From Veleropilina oligotropha (lineage: Eukaryota): DNA of 64,000 nucleotides. Of this stretch, positions 63,501 to 64,000 are shown in pieces. Under the pieces are notes generated by a model that did no database searches, was not told the origin of the DNA, and was given only the letters and a program-made list of their open reading frames with translations. Location of the stretch: assembly GCA_048128005.1 (NCBI GenBank), contig JBEUKZ010000080.1, positions 124,001 to 188,000 of the forward strand, given 5' to 3'. The translations under genes and the position numbers were made by a program. The first letter of the stretch is position 1. The number at the start of each line of letters is the position of its first letter.

Positions 63501-64000
63501 GGTAGACGGCTTCTAACTCTAGGAAGTTGATATGTCGTCCCTGAAGGTCTGTCGGCCATAGGCCTGATGTCTCGTAACTGTCGAGGTGACCACCCCAGCC
63601 GTCGTTCGAAGCGTCTGTGAACAGGTAAGCGTTCGGCTCTGGTGGGGATATAGGAACCGACTGGTCCGGCAAAGCGGGGTTCAACCACACTGCTGTCGTG
63701 TCGGTAAACCAATGCCGTAGATCGATGCGATCCGTCCACTGCCCCGTCCGTTGTATCCAGCGATCCCTGAAAGCCTGTTGTAACGGTCTTTTGTCCATGC
63801 GACCCGTCGGTAGCAGGGGCGCTACCGACTCGATGTGCCCCAGGACAGTGGCCAGTTGTCGCGCCGTAGTTATGTCCGATGACAGGGTGTCTTGGATAAC
63901 CGCGCGTAGGTTCCGCATACGCTTCTGGGTCGGCTTCGCGGTGTACCGGACCGTATCGAAGTCGACTCCGAGGAACGTAAACGTCGTCGAGGGCACGAAG
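60547..64000 (-). mobile_element. DIRS1-like retrotransposon copy D, nearly identical to copy C, runs off the window
   Basis: Right terminus at 60547, ICR ~60846-60936. RT/RH/MTase 62683-63996. YR carries a 2-nt deletion at ~62064 that detaches the C-terminal catalytic residues. Confidence 0.93.

Overview
Eukaryotic, AT-rich, intron-containing DNA, probably from a marine lophotrochozoan invertebrate (inference from the repeat types). The only host gene is a minus-strand calcium/calmodulin-dependent protein kinase kinase (CaMKK1/2-like). Ten coding exons with GT-AG boundaries and consistent phases can be joined from 40921 down to 1341, and the gene continues off the left edge. Its introns and upstream region are filled with repeats. 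These include four DIRS1-like tyrosine-recombinase retrotransposons (one complete with ITRs and ICR, three stacked and lacking their left ends, all co-oriented with CaMKK), two decayed Gypsy LTR elements (one carrying a nested L2/CR1 LINE), a Tc1 DD34E element, MITEs, Helentron-like elements, a tRNA-derived SINE and large minisatellites. The most notable observations are: (1) a whole kinase exon plus its splice donor amplified as an 80-bp tandem array, with further splice-junction duplications at another exon; (2) conserved splice signals bracketing the DIRS coding cassette (acceptor 2 nt before the gag ATG, donor overlapping the YR stop), followed by a conserved, apparently structured 3' exon-like island; (3) two divergent DIRS copies inserted exactly 18 nt from the same flanking motif, suggesting target specificity; (4) gag and the YR ORF in frame across a single TAG, fused by a deletion in one copy; (5) twin pseudoknot-like motifs in a Gypsy 3' UTR.
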